From an uncultured Candidatus Rokubacteria bacterium (GTDB taxonomy: Bacteria > Methylomirabilota > Methylomirabilia > Rokubacteriales > DASRDR01): a stretch of DNA of 64,000 nt. The stretch lies in NCBI GenBank assembly GCA_963708025.1, contig CAVPSB010000015.1:256001-320000 (forward strand). Reading direction: 5' to 3'. Of the stretch, positions 50,693 to 61,283 are shown piece by piece. The notes below the pieces were generated by a model that saw nothing but the letters and a program-made list of their open reading frames with translations, was not told where the DNA came from and made no database searches. The translations under genes and the position numbers were made by a program. Positions within the stretch are counted from its first letter, which is position 1; each line of letters starts with the position of its first letter.

Positions 50693-52104
50693 GCGTGCCC
50701 ACCGTGTCGATCGCCGACCTCGTGCGCGGGACGCAGGGCGCCCTCGTCGGCGGCTGCCTCGAGCGGGTCGTGACCGGTGTCTCGATCGACAGCCGGTCGT
50801 GCGGGCCGGGCGAGGTCTTCTTCGCCATCCGCGGCCACCACCAGGACGGCCATGCGTTCCTCGCCGACGCGCTCGGGCGCGGGGCCGGCGCCGCCGTGGT
50901 CAGCCGCTACCCGGCCGAGGTCGCCCTGCCCGGCGACTTCCCCCTCGTCCTGGTCGAGGACACCACCCGCGCGCTCCAGCGCCTGGGCGCCTTCCACCGG
51001 CGGCGCCACACGCTGCCCGTCGTCGGGGTGACCGGCTCGATCGGCAAGACGACGACGAAGGAGCTGACCGCGGCCGTCCTGGCCGAGCGGTTCCGCGTGC
51101 TCAAGGCGACCGGCAGCCTCAACAACCAGTGGGGGGTGCCGCTGACCCTGCTCGGCCTCGAGCCGACCCACGAGGCCGCCGTGCTCGAGCTGGGCATGAA
51201 CGCCTTCGGCGAGATCGCGGCGCTCGCCCAGCTCGCCCGACCGAGCGTGGGGGTGCTGACCACGATCGCGCCGGCCCACCTCGAGGGCGTCGGCTCCCTG
51301 GAGGGCGTCCAGAAGGCCAAGGCGGAGCTGGTCGAGGCGATCCCGGCCGACGGCGTCGTCATCCTCAACGCCGACGATCCGCTGGTCCTCGCGCTCGCCG
51401 GAGCGGCGCGCGGGCGGGTCGTGACCTACGGCCGGGCCGCCGAGGCCGAGGTGCGGCTCTCCGACGTCGCACCGGCGGACGGCGGCCTCAGCTTCACGGT
51501 GGCGCACCGGGGCGAGGCGGTGGCGATGCGGCTCCCGCTCCCCGGCCGCCACAACGCCGGGAACGCGGCAGCGGCGGTCGCGGTCGGCCTGGCGCTCGGC
51601 GTGCCCCTGGCCGCCGCGGCCCGGGGACTCGGGCGCGTGACCCCGGTCAAGGGCCGGCTCCACTGGCGCGAGGCGGGCGGCGTCCACCTGCTCGACGACA
51701 CCTACAACGCGAGCCCCGTGTCGCTCCGCGCCGCCCTCGACGCGCTCCGCGAGGCGGGTCCGGCCGGCCGGATGTGGGTGGTCTTCGGCGACATGCTCGA
51801 GCTGGGCCCTGCCAGCGATGCCGCGCACGTGGACGCCGGGCGCTGGATCGCCGCCCTCCCGGCCGCTGGCCTGGCGACGGCGGGGCCGGCGACCCGGGCG
51901 ACGGCCGCGACGGCCGCGGCGGCCGGCTGCCCCGACGTGGCGGCCTGTGCGACCCCGGCGGAGGCGGCCGCCCACGTCGCGGCGCGCGTCCGGGCCGGTG
52001 ATCGGGTCCTGGTCAAGGGCTCGCGCGGGATGCGGATGGAGCGCGCAGTCGAGACGCTGCTCAGGGATCTGGGCCGCGAGGGGCGGGGGAGGCCGGCGTG
52101 CTGA
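50689..52104 (+). CDS. murF: UDP-MurNAc-pentapeptide synthetase
   Basis: GSIGKTTTKE, DDTYNASP, KGSRG. Confidence 0.95.
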   Translation: MSVPTVSIADLVRGTQGALVGGCLERVVTGVSIDSRSCGPGEVFFAIRGHHQDGHAFLADALGRGAGAAVVSRYPAEVALPGDFPLVLVEDTTRALQRLGAFHRRRHTLPVVGVTGSIGKTTTKELTAAVLAERFRVLKATGSLNNQWGVPLTLLGLEPTHEAAVLELGMNAFGEIAALAQLARPSVGVLTTIAPAHLEGVGSLEGVQKAKAELVEAIPADGVVILNADDPLVLALAGAARGRVVTYGRAAEAEVRLSDVAPADGGLSFTVAHRGEAVAMRLPLPGRHNAGNAAAAVAVGLALGVPLAAAARGLGRVTPVKGRLHWREAGGVHLLDDTYNASPVSLRAALDALREAGPAGRMWVVFGDMLELGPASDAAHVDAGRWIAALPAAGLATAGPATRATAATAAAAGCPDVAACATPAEAAAHVAARVRAGDRVLVKGSRGMRMERAVETLLRDLGREGRGRPAC

Positions 52105-53171
52105 CGGCCCTGGCGGCCCTCACCAAGTACCACATCGCGTTCAACGTGTTCCGCTACATCACGTTCCGGACGGCGATGGCGCTGCTCACCGCGCTCCTGA
52201 TCAGCCTGGTGCTCGGCCCCTGGGTCATCCGGAAGCTGCGGGAGCGGCAGATCGGCGAGGTGATCCGCGCGGACGGGCCCGAGCGGCACCGGGGCAAGGC
52301 CGGGACCCCGACCATGGGCGGCCTGCTGATCCTCGGCGCCCTGTTCGGCTCGTGCCTCCTCTGGGGGAACCTGGGCAACCGCTACGTCCGGGTCGTCCTC
52401 GTCGTCACGGCGCTCCTCGGGCTCATCGGCTTCTACGACGACTGGCTCAAGCTGCGGACGAAGCGGCCGCTCAAGATCCGGGAGAAGTTCCTCGCCCAGT
52501 CGGCGGTCGGCCTCGGCCTCGGCGCGTATCTCTACCGCTACCAGGCGGACGGCGTGACGAGTCAGCTGGTGGTGCCGTTCGCCAAGGAGTGGGTGCCGGA
52601 TCTGGGTGCCTGGTACGTCCTGGTCGTCGCCCTGATCGTCGTCGGCGCGTCGAACGCGGTGAACCTGACGGACGGCCTCGACGGCCTCGCGATGGGTCCG
52701 GTCATCGTGGCGGCCATCGCGCTGGGCATCTTCTCCTACGTGGCGGGACACGCCCGGCTCTCCGAGTACCTGTTCATCCTGAAGGTGAAAGGGGCGGGGG
52801 AGCTGGCCGTCTTCTGCGGCGCGCTCATGGGCGCCAGCGTCGGCTTCCTCTGGTTCAACAGCCATCCAGCCGAGGTCTTCATGGGGGACGTGGGATCCCT
52901 CGCCCTCGGCGGCGCCATCGGAACGCTGGCCGTGCTCGCCAAGGCCGAGCTGCTGCTGCCGTTCATCGGCGGGCTGTTCGTGGTCGAGGCGGTGTCGGTG
53001 ATCCTCCAGGTCGCCTCCTTCCGCCTGACTGGCCGAAGGATCTTCCGCATGGCGCCGCTTCACCACCACTTCGAGCTGGCCGGCTGGCCGGAGTCGAAGA
53101 TCGTGATCCGGTTCTGGATCCTCGCGCTGCTGATGGCGCTGCTGGCCGTCACGACGCTCAAGCTCCGATGA
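52098..53171 (+). CDS. mraY: Phospho-MurNAc-pentapeptide transferase
   Basis: GTPTMGG, NAVNLTDGLDG, FMGDVGS, APLHHHFE. Confidence 0.96.
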   Translation: MLTALAALTKYHIAFNVFRYITFRTAMALLTALLISLVLGPWVIRKLRERQIGEVIRADGPERHRGKAGTPTMGGLLILGALFGSCLLWGNLGNRYVRVVLVVTALLGLIGFYDDWLKLRTKRPLKIREKFLAQSAVGLGLGAYLYRYQADGVTSQLVVPFAKEWVPDLGAWYVLVVALIVVGASNAVNLTDGLDGLAMGPVIVAAIALGIFSYVAGHARLSEYLFILKVKGAGELAVFCGALMGASVGFLWFNSHPAEVFMGDVGSLALGGAIGTLAVLAKAELLLPFIGGLFVVEAVSVILQVASFRLTGRRIFRMAPLHHHFELAGWPESKIVIRFWILALLMALLAVTTLKLR

Positions 53172-54589
53172 CGACCATGCTCGAGCCGGCGTGGGTGGCG
53201 GTGGAGCGGGGGGCGGCCTGGCGGGCCGCCCTGGCCGGCCGCCGGGTCACGGTCGTGGGCTTGGCCCGCAGTGGCGTGGCGGCCTGCCGGCTGCTGCTGG
53301 GCTGTCGGGCGCGCGTCACCGCGACGGACGCCCAGCCGGCCGAGGCGCTGAGCGCGGCCGCCCGCGCGCTGCCGGCCGAGGGGGTGCGGCTCTACGCCGG
53401 CCAGCATCCGCCCGAGGCGTTCGGGGATGCCGAGCTGGTCGTGGTGAGCCCCGGCGTGCCGGCCGACCTGGCCGCCATCGCGTCGGCCCGGGAGCGCGGT
53501 GTCCCGGTGATCGGCGAGGTGGAGCTGGCGTACCGGACGATGACGGCCGACGTGATCGCGGTGACCGGCACCAACGGGAAGACGACGACGACGGCGCTGA
53601 TCGGCGCGCTCCTCGCCGAGGCCGGCCGGCCGCTGCTGGTCGGGGGGAACATCGGTCGCCCCCTCGCCACCGAGGCGCTCGACTTCCCGGCCGACGGCCT
53701 CGTCGTCGCCGAGGTGTCGAGCTTCCAGCTCGAGACCGTCGACACCTTCCGGCCGCGGGTGGCGGTGCTCTGCAACCTGACGCCCGACCACCTCGACCGG
53801 CACCGGAGCGTCGCGGCCTACGCGGAGGCGAAGGCGCGCATCTTCCTCCGCCAGACCGCCGAGGACTGGGCGGTCGTCAACGCCGACGACCCGGGGGCGG
53901 CGGCGCTCGCCGGGCGCGCCCCCGGACGCCTCGTGTGGTTCAGCCGGACCCGGGAGGTAGCCGAGGGGAGCTACGTCGGCGACGGCTGGGTGCGCCTGAG
54001 GCTTAGCGGCCGCGAGTCGGCCGTCTGCCCGGTCGAGGAGATCCTCCTGCGGGGCGCCCACAACCTGGAGAACGTTCTCGCCGCGACAGCGGCGGCGGCC
54101 TGGGCCGGCGTCCCACCGTCGCGGCTGCGGGCGGCCATCAAGGGCTTCCGAGCCGTCGCGCACCGGATCGAGTGGATCCGGGAGCTCGGGGGCGTGGCCT
54201 TCTACAACGACTCCAAGGGGACGAACGTCGACGCTACGCTCAAGGCGCTGGCGGCGTTCCGGGAGCCGGTCGTGCTGATCGCCGGCGGCCGGGACAAGGG
54301 CCAGGACTTCGCGCCGCTGGCGGCGGCCGCCGCCGGGCGGGTCAAGGCCGCCGTCCTGATCGGTGAGGGCCGGGCGACCCTGGGCCCCCCGCTCCGGCGG
54401 GTCACGGCGGTGCACGAGGCGGACTCGATGGCGGCCGCCGTCCGACAGGCGCTCGCGCTGGCCGTGCCCGGCGACGTGGTGCTCCTGTCCCCGGCCTGCG
54501 CCTCGTTCGACATGTTTCGCGACTACGAGCACCGCGGTGAGGTGTTCCGCGCAGAAGTCCTGAAGCTGGACCCGGCCGGGAGCCGGTAG
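53168..54589 (+). CDS. murD: UDP-MurNAc-L-Ala-D-Glu ligase
   Basis: VVSPG, GGNIG, EVSSFQL, NDSKGTN, SPACASFD. Confidence 0.96.
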   Translation: MTTMLEPAWVAVERGAAWRAALAGRRVTVVGLARSGVAACRLLLGCRARVTATDAQPAEALSAAARALPAEGVRLYAGQHPPEAFGDAELVVVSPGVPADLAAIASARERGVPVIGEVELAYRTMTADVIAVTGTNGKTTTTALIGALLAEAGRPLLVGGNIGRPLATEALDFPADGLVVAEVSSFQLETVDTFRPRVAVLCNLTPDHLDRHRSVAAYAEAKARIFLRQTAEDWAVVNADDPGAAALAGRAPGRLVWFSRTREVAEGSYVGDGWVRLRLSGRESAVCPVEEILLRGAHNLENVLAATAAAAWAGVPPSRLRAAIKGFRAVAHRIEWIRELGGVAFYNDSKGTNVDATLKALAAFREPVVLIAGGRDKGQDFAPLAAAAAGRVKAAVLIGEGRATLGPPLRRVTAVHEADSMAAAVRQALALAVPGDVVLLSPACASFDMFRDYEHRGEVFRAEVLKLDPAGSR

Positions 54590-54628
54590 CGGAGCAGGGA
54601 GGGGTCCGACCGTGCGACAGGAGGAAGA

Positions 54629-55828
54629 GTGCCGAGGAAGGTGAGTCCGGACTACTTCCTTTTCCTGGTCGTCGTCGCCCTGGCCGGCTTCGGCGTGGTC
54701 ATGGTCTACTCGGCGAGCGCGATCCTGGCCACCGACCGCTTCCGCGATCCCTACTTCTTCCTCAAGAAGCAGGGCTTCTGGGCGCTCCTGGGCCTCGGCG
54801 CCCTGTGGGCGACCATGGGGGTGGACTACCGCCGGTGGCGGGCCGTCGTGCTGCCGCTCCTGGGGCTGGCGGTCGTCCTGCTCCTGGCCGTGCTGGTCCC
54901 GGTGTTCGGGCAGGAGATCAACGGCACCCGCCGGTGGCTCCGCTGGGGGCCGGTCTCCTTCCAGCCGACCGAGCTGGCCAAGGTCGCCCTGGTCCTGTAC
55001 CTGGCCGACTTCCTCGCCCGCCGGCAGGCCCAGATCCGCAGCTTCTGGCGCGGCTTCCTGCCCCCGCTCCTGGTGACCGCCGTGATGGCGGGGCTGATCC
55101 TCAGGCAGCCGGACCTGGGCTCGAGCGTCGCCCTGGTCGCGGTGGTCCTGTCCATGCTCTACGTCGCCGGGGCCCGGCTCCGTCACATGGCCGTGGTGGC
55201 GCTGGCGGCGGTGCCGGCGATCGTGTTGCTGGTCGCCGGGGCCAGCTATCGCCTCCGGCGGGTCTTCGCCTTCATCGACCCCTGGGCCGACCCCCGCGGC
55301 GCCGGCTTCCAGATCATCCAGTCGTACCTCGCCCTCGGCGGGGGCGGGCTGACCGGCCGGGGCCTCGGGGAGTCCAAGCAGAAGCTCTTCTACCTGCCCG
55401 AGCCCCACACCGACTTCATCTTCGCGATCGTGGGCGAGGAGCTGGGCTTCGTCGGCGCGGTGGTGACCGTCAGCCTGTTCGGCCTGCTCCTGTGGCGCGG
55501 CATCCGGATCGCTCTCCGCGTGGCCGACCCGTTCGGAGCCCTGGCGGCGATCGGGATCACCGCGATGCTGACGACGCAGGCCCTGGTCAACCTGGGCGTC
55601 GTGGTCGGCCTGCTGCCGACCAAGGGGCTGCCCTTGCCCTTCGTCTCCTTCGGCGGCTCGTCGCTCGTGATGGCCATGGCCAGCGTGGGCCTCCTCCTCA
55701 ACATCTCGCTCCACCAGAGCTCCCTCTCCCGCCTCGGGGGAGCGGATCGGGATGCGAGGCCGGTCCGGCGCCAGGCCCCGACCCTCTCCCTGGAAGGGAG
55801 ACGGAGTGGAGTCGGAGCCGTCCCATGA
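54629..55828 (+). CDS. ftsW: SEDS peptidoglycan polymerase FtsW
   Basis: [35 protein letters not shown]. Confidence 0.95.
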   Translation: MPRKVSPDYFLFLVVVALAGFGVVMVYSASAILATDRFRDPYFFLKKQGFWALLGLGALWATMGVDYRRWRAVVLPLLGLAVVLLLAVLVPVFGQEINGTRRWLRWGPVSFQPTELAKVALVLYLADFLARRQAQIRSFWRGFLPPLLVTAVMAGLILRQPDLGSSVALVAVVLSMLYVAGARLRHMAVVALAAVPAIVLLVAGASYRLRRVFAFIDPWADPRGAGFQIIQSYLALGGGGLTGRGLGESKQKLFYLPEPHTDFIFAIVGEELGFVGAVVTVSLFGLLLWRGIRIALRVADPFGALAAIGITAMLTTQALVNLGVVVGLLPTKGLPLPFVSFGGSSLVMAMASVGLLLNISLHQSSLSRLGGADRDARPVRRQAPTLSLEGRRSGVGAVP

Positions 55829-55898
55829 CCAGCCCGCGGTGGAAGGCGACCGATCCTCGCGCCGAGGCGACCGGACGAGCCGGGGTCGGAGCCGTCCC

Positions 55899-57347
55899 AT
55901 GACCAGCTCGCGGTGGAAGCGGTACCAGCAGGTTCACTTCGTGGGGATCGGCGGCGCCGGCATGAGCGGCATCGCCGAGGTGCTGCTCACCCTCGGCTAC
56001 CAGGTGACCGGCTCCGACGCCCGGCGCAACGAGGCGGTCGAGCGGCTCGAGCGGCTCGGGGCCAAGCTCTTCACCGGCCACGCCGCCGGCCACGTCGAGG
56101 GCGCGCAGGTCGTCGTCTACTCCTCCGCCGTCGCCCGGGACAACCCGGAGCTACAGGCCGCCCGGCAGCGCGGGATCCCGGTGATCCCCCGCGCGGAGAT
56201 GCTGGCCGAGCTGATGCGGGTGAAGTCGGGCATCGCGATCGCCGGGACCCACGGGAAGACCACGACGACGTCGATGGTGGGCGCCGTGCTGGCCGAGGCC
56301 GGCTTCGATCCGACGATCGTCGTCGGGGGCCGGGTGACGGCCCTCGGGGCCAACGCCCGGCTCGGCCAGGGCGAGTTCCTGGTCGCCGAGGCCGACGAGT
56401 CGGACGGCTCGTTCCTCAAGCTCACGCCGACCATCGCGGTGGTGACGACGATCGACGCCGAGCACCTCGACTACTACCGCGACCTGGCGGCCATCCGGGA
56501 GACGTTCCTCCAGTTCATCAACAAGGTGCCGTTCTACGGGGTGGCCGTCCTCTGCGCCGACCAGCCCGAGATCCAGGCGCTCCTCCCGCGTGTCGAGAAG
56601 CGCGTCATCACCTACGGGCGGGAGAACGCCGCCGACCTGGTGGCGGCCGCGGTGCGCCTCCAGGGGCTCACCGCGCGCTTCGAAGTGCTCCAGCGCGGCG
56701 AGGCGCTGGGCGAGCTGACCCTCCAGGTGCCGGGGGTCCACAACGTCGCCAACGCGCTGGCGGCGACCGCCGTCGGGCTGGATCTCGAGGTGCCCTTCCC
56801 CGTGATCCAGCGGGCGCTCGGGGGCTTCACCGGCGTCCAGCGGCGCTTCCAGGTCAAGGGGGAGGCCGGCGGGATCCTCGTCGTGGACGACTACGGCCAC
56901 CACCCGGCCGAGATCCGGGCGACCCTGGCCGCGGCGCGCCGGGGGTTCGAGCGCCGTCTCGTCGTCGCCTTCCAGCCGCACCGCTTCACGCGGACACTCC
57001 ACCTGCACGCCGACTTCCTGACCGCTTTCGGTGATGCGGACGTGCTGGTGCTCACCGATATCTACCCCGCCGGCGAGGCGCCGATCCCCGGGGTCCACGC
57101 AGAGACCCTGGCCCAGGGCATCGCAGCGGGAACCACCCGAGAGGTCCGATACGTCAGCGACCGGGGGGAGCTCGTCGAGCTCCTCCTCCGCATCACGCGG
57201 CCCGGGGACCTGATCGTCACGCTGGGGGCCGGGGACATCGGGGGCGTCGCCGACCAGGTGCTCGCGCGCCTGGCCGCGGCCCCTTCGGCCGCCGCCCCCC
57301 AAGCCGAGGACGATCGGAGCGCAGGAGGAGGGCGCCATGCTCGGTGA
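55899..57347 (+). CDS. murC: UDP-MurNAc-L-Ala ligase
   Basis: [32 protein letters not shown]. Confidence 0.96.
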   Translation: MTSSRWKRYQQVHFVGIGGAGMSGIAEVLLTLGYQVTGSDARRNEAVERLERLGAKLFTGHAAGHVEGAQVVVYSSAVARDNPELQAARQRGIPVIPRAEMLAELMRVKSGIAIAGTHGKTTTTSMVGAVLAEAGFDPTIVVGGRVTALGANARLGQGEFLVAEADESDGSFLKLTPTIAVVTTIDAEHLDYYRDLAAIRETFLQFINKVPFYGVAVLCADQPEIQALLPRVEKRVITYGRENAADLVAAAVRLQGLTARFEVLQRGEALGELTLQVPGVHNVANALAATAVGLDLEVPFPVIQRALGGFTGVQRRFQVKGEAGGILVVDDYGHHPAEIRATLAAARRGFERRLVVAFQPHRFTRTLHLHADFLTAFGDADVLVLTDIYPAGEAPIPGVHAETLAQGIAAGTTREVRYVSDRGELVELLLRITRPGDLIVTLGAGDIGGVADQVLARLAAAPSAAAPQAEDDRSAGGGRHAR

Positions 57348-58215
57348 GATTCGCGGTGAGGTCCGGTTCAAGGAACCGCTGGCCTTCCACACGTCCCTTC
57401 GCTGTGGAGGGCCGGCCGACATCTTCGTCCTGCCCCAGGACGTGGACGACGTCCGCAAGGCGCTCATGTACGCCGACAAGGAGAAGCTGCCCGTCGTCGT
57501 CCTGGGCGGGGGGAACAATGTCCTCGTCAAGGACAAGGGCGTCCGCGGGATCGTCATCAAGCTCGAGGGGTGCCTCGGCCGCATGGAGTTCCACGGCGAC
57601 GAGGTGACGACCGGCTGCGGGGCCGGGCTCTCGACGATGATCCGGGAGGCGGCGGCCCTCGGATTGGGGGGCGTGGAATGCCTGGTGGGGATCCCGGCCA
57701 CCGTCGGGGGTGCCCTGGCCATGAACGCCGGGACGAACGACGGCTCGATCGGGGACTTCGTCTCCGCCGTGTACTTTCTCCACGCGGACGGGACGATCGG
57801 GGAGCTGAAGCCCGCCACGGGGACCTTCGCCTACCGCACGTTCAACTTCGCGCCCGGCTCGATCCTGCTCGGCGCCCGGCTGACCCTCCACCGGAAGCCG
57901 CAGAAGGAGATCTACGCCGAGATCAAGGCCCGGCTCAAGCAGAAGAAGGCCACGCAGCCCCTGGCCCTGGCGTCCGCCGGCTTCATCTGGAAGAATCCCC
58001 CCTTCGACCAGGCCGGCAAGCTCCTCGAGAAGGCGGGGTGCAAGGGCAAGCGCATCGGGAGCGCCGAGGTCTCGGCGAAGCACGCCAACTTCATCGTCAA
58101 TCGGGGGGGCGGCACCGCGGCTGACATCCTGGCCCTCATGGAGATGGCCTTCGAGCGCGTGTTCAAGCAGACGGGCACGAAGTTGCAGCCGGAAATCCGC
58201 ATCATCGGAGACTAG
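57337..58215 (+). CDS. murB: UDP-N-acetylenolpyruvoylglucosamine reductase
   Basis: [28 protein letters not shown]. Confidence 0.95.
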   Translation: MLGEIRGEVRFKEPLAFHTSLRCGGPADIFVLPQDVDDVRKALMYADKEKLPVVVLGGGNNVLVKDKGVRGIVIKLEGCLGRMEFHGDEVTTGCGAGLSTMIREAAALGLGGVECLVGIPATVGGALAMNAGTNDGSIGDFVSAVYFLHADGTIGELKPATGTFAYRTFNFAPGSILLGARLTLHRKPQKEIYAEIKARLKQKKATQPLALASAGFIWKNPPFDQAGKLLEKAGCKGKRIGSAEVSAKHANFIVNRGGGTAADILALMEMAFERVFKQTGTKLQPEIRIIGD

Positions 58216-58350
58216 CGGGTGCCGTGCCGATAACCTTCGCATCGTTCATCTCGGTCGTGACGCGCTCGGCCTGCGGCAATCGAACGGCCTTCGGCCTCTG
58301 GCGAACGGCCTTCGGCCTCTGGGCGTCCGTCCCGACCTATGGTCGTCCTT

Positions 58351-58682
58351 CATCCGGCCTTCGGCCTCTGGCATCCGGCCTTCGGCCTCTGGCATCCGGC
58401 CTTCGGCCTCTGGCATCCGGCCTTCGGCCTCTGGCATCCGGCCTTCGGCCTCTGGCATCCGGCCTTCGGCCTCTGGCATCCGGCCTTCGGCCTCTGGCAT
58501 CCGGCCTTCGGCCTCTGGCATCCGGCCTTCGGCCTCTGGCATCCGGCCTTCGGCCTCTGGCATCCGGCCTTCGGCCTCTGGCATCCGGCCTTCGGCCTCT
58601 GGCATCCGGCCTTCGGCCTGGCATCCGGCCTTCGGCCTCTGGCATCCGGCCTTCGGCCTCTGGCATCCGGCCTTCGGCCTCT
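58351..58682. repeat. Tandem array of the 21-bp unit CATCCGGCCTTCGGCCTCTGG, ~16 units
   Basis: 12 perfect units, one 19-bp unit (58603), 2 perfect units and 1 partial; two variant units at 58281-58322; no spacers. Confidence 0.97.
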
Positions 58683-58816
58683 CGGGTGGTCGGCCACCCT
58701 CAACGTACCAGGGCGTACGTCTCGGGTGGCCTCCTCCCTGCGTCCTTCGGACGGCCTCCGGCCTTTGGCAGACGGCCTCCGGCCTGGGGGGGCTGCTCGG
58801 TTCTCGGCCCGGCACA

Positions 58817-59729
58817 ATGCCTGTGGTTAGGACTGCCCGGCCGACCATCCTCGTCCCGCGCGAGCGCCGGGGGACTTCGGTCGAACGCGGCGACGCGTGA
58901 GCCCTTCATTGCCCGCCAGCAACACCGAAACCGGCGTCTCCGGCGGGTCCGCCGGTCGGTCCGGTGGCTCGGCACGGTGGTGGCAACCGGTCTCATCTCG
59001 ACGGCGATCGCCGTCGCCGGCGTCGCCGTCGTCCACGCCGTTCGCCAGAGCCGGCTGATGGCCGTTTCCGATGTGGCCGTGGTTGGGGCCCGGCGCCTGT
59101 CGGAGACCGCGATCCGCACTGCCGCGGCGATCGAGCCGGAAGCGTCGCTGCTCGACCTCGACGTCGCCGCGGTCCGGGGCCGCCTGGAAGCCTTGCCGGG
59201 CGTCCGCCGGGCCCGGGTCGTTCGCCATCTCCCCAACCGGGTGGCGCTGTGGATCGAGGAGCGGGAGCCCTACACGCTCGTCAATCTCGACCGGGCGGCC
59301 CGGTCCGGGCTGGTCTGGATCGACGCCGACGGTTACCTCGTCGGTCCGGAGCGGCGGGGCACCACGCCGTCCCTGCCCATCTTGAGCGGGGTCGAAGCTC
59401 CGGCGACGCCCGGCGAGCCCCTGGGGGACCGGCTCCAGGCCGGCTTGACGCTGCTCCGCGCCATCCAGCGGTCGGGCACTCGCGTCGTCGCCCGGATCTC
59501 CGAGATCGACCTCGAACCCGCTGGCGGACCGGTCCTCTACACCGTGGACGGCGCCGCCGTGTGGCTCGGCGCCGAGGGCTGGGACGAGCGGCTGGCCCGG
59601 CTCGACGGGGTGCTGGGTGAGCTGGACGACCACCGCGAGCGCGTGGACTCGCTTGATCTCCGCTTCCGGGATCTGGTGGTGCTGAAGCCCCGGCCCTCCC
59701 CGACAACCACCATGCCAAAGGAACGGTGA
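58817..59729 (+). CDS. ftsQ: Cell division protein FtsQ/DivIB (start uncertain; the ATG at 58817 needs a frameshift)
   Basis: Basic patch, TM helix, POTRA-like region (V.RHLPNRV..IEERE), ends DLRFRD.VV; precedes ftsA. Confidence 0.8.
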
Positions 59730-59731
59730 GG

Positions 59732-60979
59732 ATGCGCAAGACGCAGGTGCTCGCGGGCCTCGACGTCGGAACCACGAAGGTGTGCGCGCTCATCGGTGAG
59801 CTGACACCGAACGGCGTGGACATCGTCGGGATCGGCCAGCAGTCGTCCCGCGGGCTGCGGAAGGGCATGGTCGTGAACATCGACTCGACGGTCGAGGCCA
59901 TCAAGGGCGCGATCGCCGACGCCGAGCAGATGGCCGGGGTGGAGGTGGAGGCGGTCTACACCTCGATCGGCGGCGGGCACATCAGCGGGATCAACAGCCA
60001 GGGCGTGGTGGCCATCCAGGGCAGGACCCGGGAGGTCGCGCCGCCGGACGTCGAGCGCGCCATCGAGGTGGCGCGCGACATCCACCTGGCGCCTGGTCGC
60101 GAGATCTTGCACGTCCTCACGCAGGCCTTCTCGGTGGACGAGCAGGACGGCATCCGGGAGCCGATCGGCATGCTGGGGAGCCGGCTCGGTGTCGAGGTCC
60201 ACCTGATCACCGGCGCGGTGACGGCCGTGCAGAACGTCGTCCGCAGCGTGAACCGCGCCGGTTTGACCGTGAGGGACCTGGTGCTCCAGCCGCTGGCCTC
60301 GGCCGAGTCGGTGCTGACCCCGGACGAGCGGGACCTCGGCGTGGTCGTCATCGACGTGGGCGGCGGCACCACCGACGTGGCGCTCTTCCGCGAGAACGCG
60401 GTCTGGCACACCGCGGTCGTTCCGCTGGGCGGGGACCACATCACCAACGACATCGCCGTCGGACTCCGGACGCCGCCGGCCGACGCGGAGGAGCTCAAGA
60501 AACACTTCGGGTGCGCGCAGGCGGCGCTCGTGCTGGAGGACGAGACGGTCGAGGTCCCGTCCATCGGCGGGCGGAAGCCGCGCGTTCTTTCCGGGCAGAC
60601 GCTGGCGCGCATCGTCCAGGCCCGGGTGAAGGAGATCTTCACCCTGGTCGCCCGCGGTATCCGGCAGGCCGGGCTGGAGGACGCCGCCACCTCCGGCATC
60701 GTGGTGACCGGCGGCGCCGCGCTGATGGAAGGCCTGCCGGAGCTGGCCGAGTCCATCTTCGACTCGCCCGTGCGGCGCGGGACCCCGAAGTGGGTGGGCG
60801 GCTTCTACGACCAGGTCGAGAGCCCGACGTTCGCCACCGCGGTGGGGCTCGTGCTCGCCGGCGCTCGCCGTGAGCGCCGGCCGCCGGCGAGCGCCGGCTT
60901 GCCCGGGCTCGGCGAGGGGCTGCCGGGCGTCGGGCGGGCGGTGCGTCGAGTGCGCGAATGGGTGGGTCAGCTCTTTTAG
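59732..60979 (+). CDS. ftsA: Cell division protein FtsA
   Basis: GLDVGTTKV, IDVGGGTTD, GGDHITNDIA, VVTGG. Confidence 0.96.
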   Translation: MRKTQVLAGLDVGTTKVCALIGELTPNGVDIVGIGQQSSRGLRKGMVVNIDSTVEAIKGAIADAEQMAGVEVEAVYTSIGGGHISGINSQGVVAIQGRTREVAPPDVERAIEVARDIHLAPGREILHVLTQAFSVDEQDGIREPIGMLGSRLGVEVHLITGAVTAVQNVVRSVNRAGLTVRDLVLQPLASAESVLTPDERDLGVVVIDVGGGTTDVALFRENAVWHTAVVPLGGDHITNDIAVGLRTPPADAEELKKHFGCAQAALVLEDETVEVPSIGGRKPRVLSGQTLARIVQARVKEIFTLVARGIRQAGLEDAATSGIVVTGGAALMEGLPELAESIFDSPVRRGTPKWVGGFYDQVESPTFATAVGLVLAGARRERRPPASAGLPGLGEGLPGVGRAVRRVREWVGQLF

Positions 60980-60982
60980 CTT

Positions 60983-61166
60983 GGGCGGGGCCGATGAGCG
61001 TCGCATCGCGTCGTCGTTCGGACGGCCTTCGGCCTTTGGGGTCGTCGCCGATCCTCGGCGTACTCGGAGTACGCCTGCGGTCGGCGACGCCCTGCGTCTG
61101 TCGGACGGCCTTCGGCCTGTGGGCGCTGCTCGCTCCTCGGCCCCGCCCCTGCGAGGTTGACTCATC
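60983..61166. repeat. MITE/REPIN-like hairpin element, copy between ftsA and ftsZ
   Basis: 18-bp inverted repeat gggcggggccgatgagcg / cgctcctcggccccgccc; two ggccttcggcc cores; ends ttgactcatc as at 35343. Confidence 0.78.
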
Positions 61167-61283
61167 GACGATGGCTGCGGGGCTTCGAGGACAGTAGGGG
61201 GATCGGTGGAACGACGTGGTGGTCGAGGGAGCAGGGCGGAGCTGAAACCCGGTGGTGACACCGGGGCAGGAGAAGGAGGCGGG

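Noticed and set aside
58351-58682. CRISPR array
   Set aside because: Units are contiguous with no unique spacers, and there are no cas genes in the window.
58224-58816. 200-aa repetitive N-terminal extension of FtsQ
   Set aside because: It is the translation of a DNA repeat with no clear RBS, and other frames are equally open.
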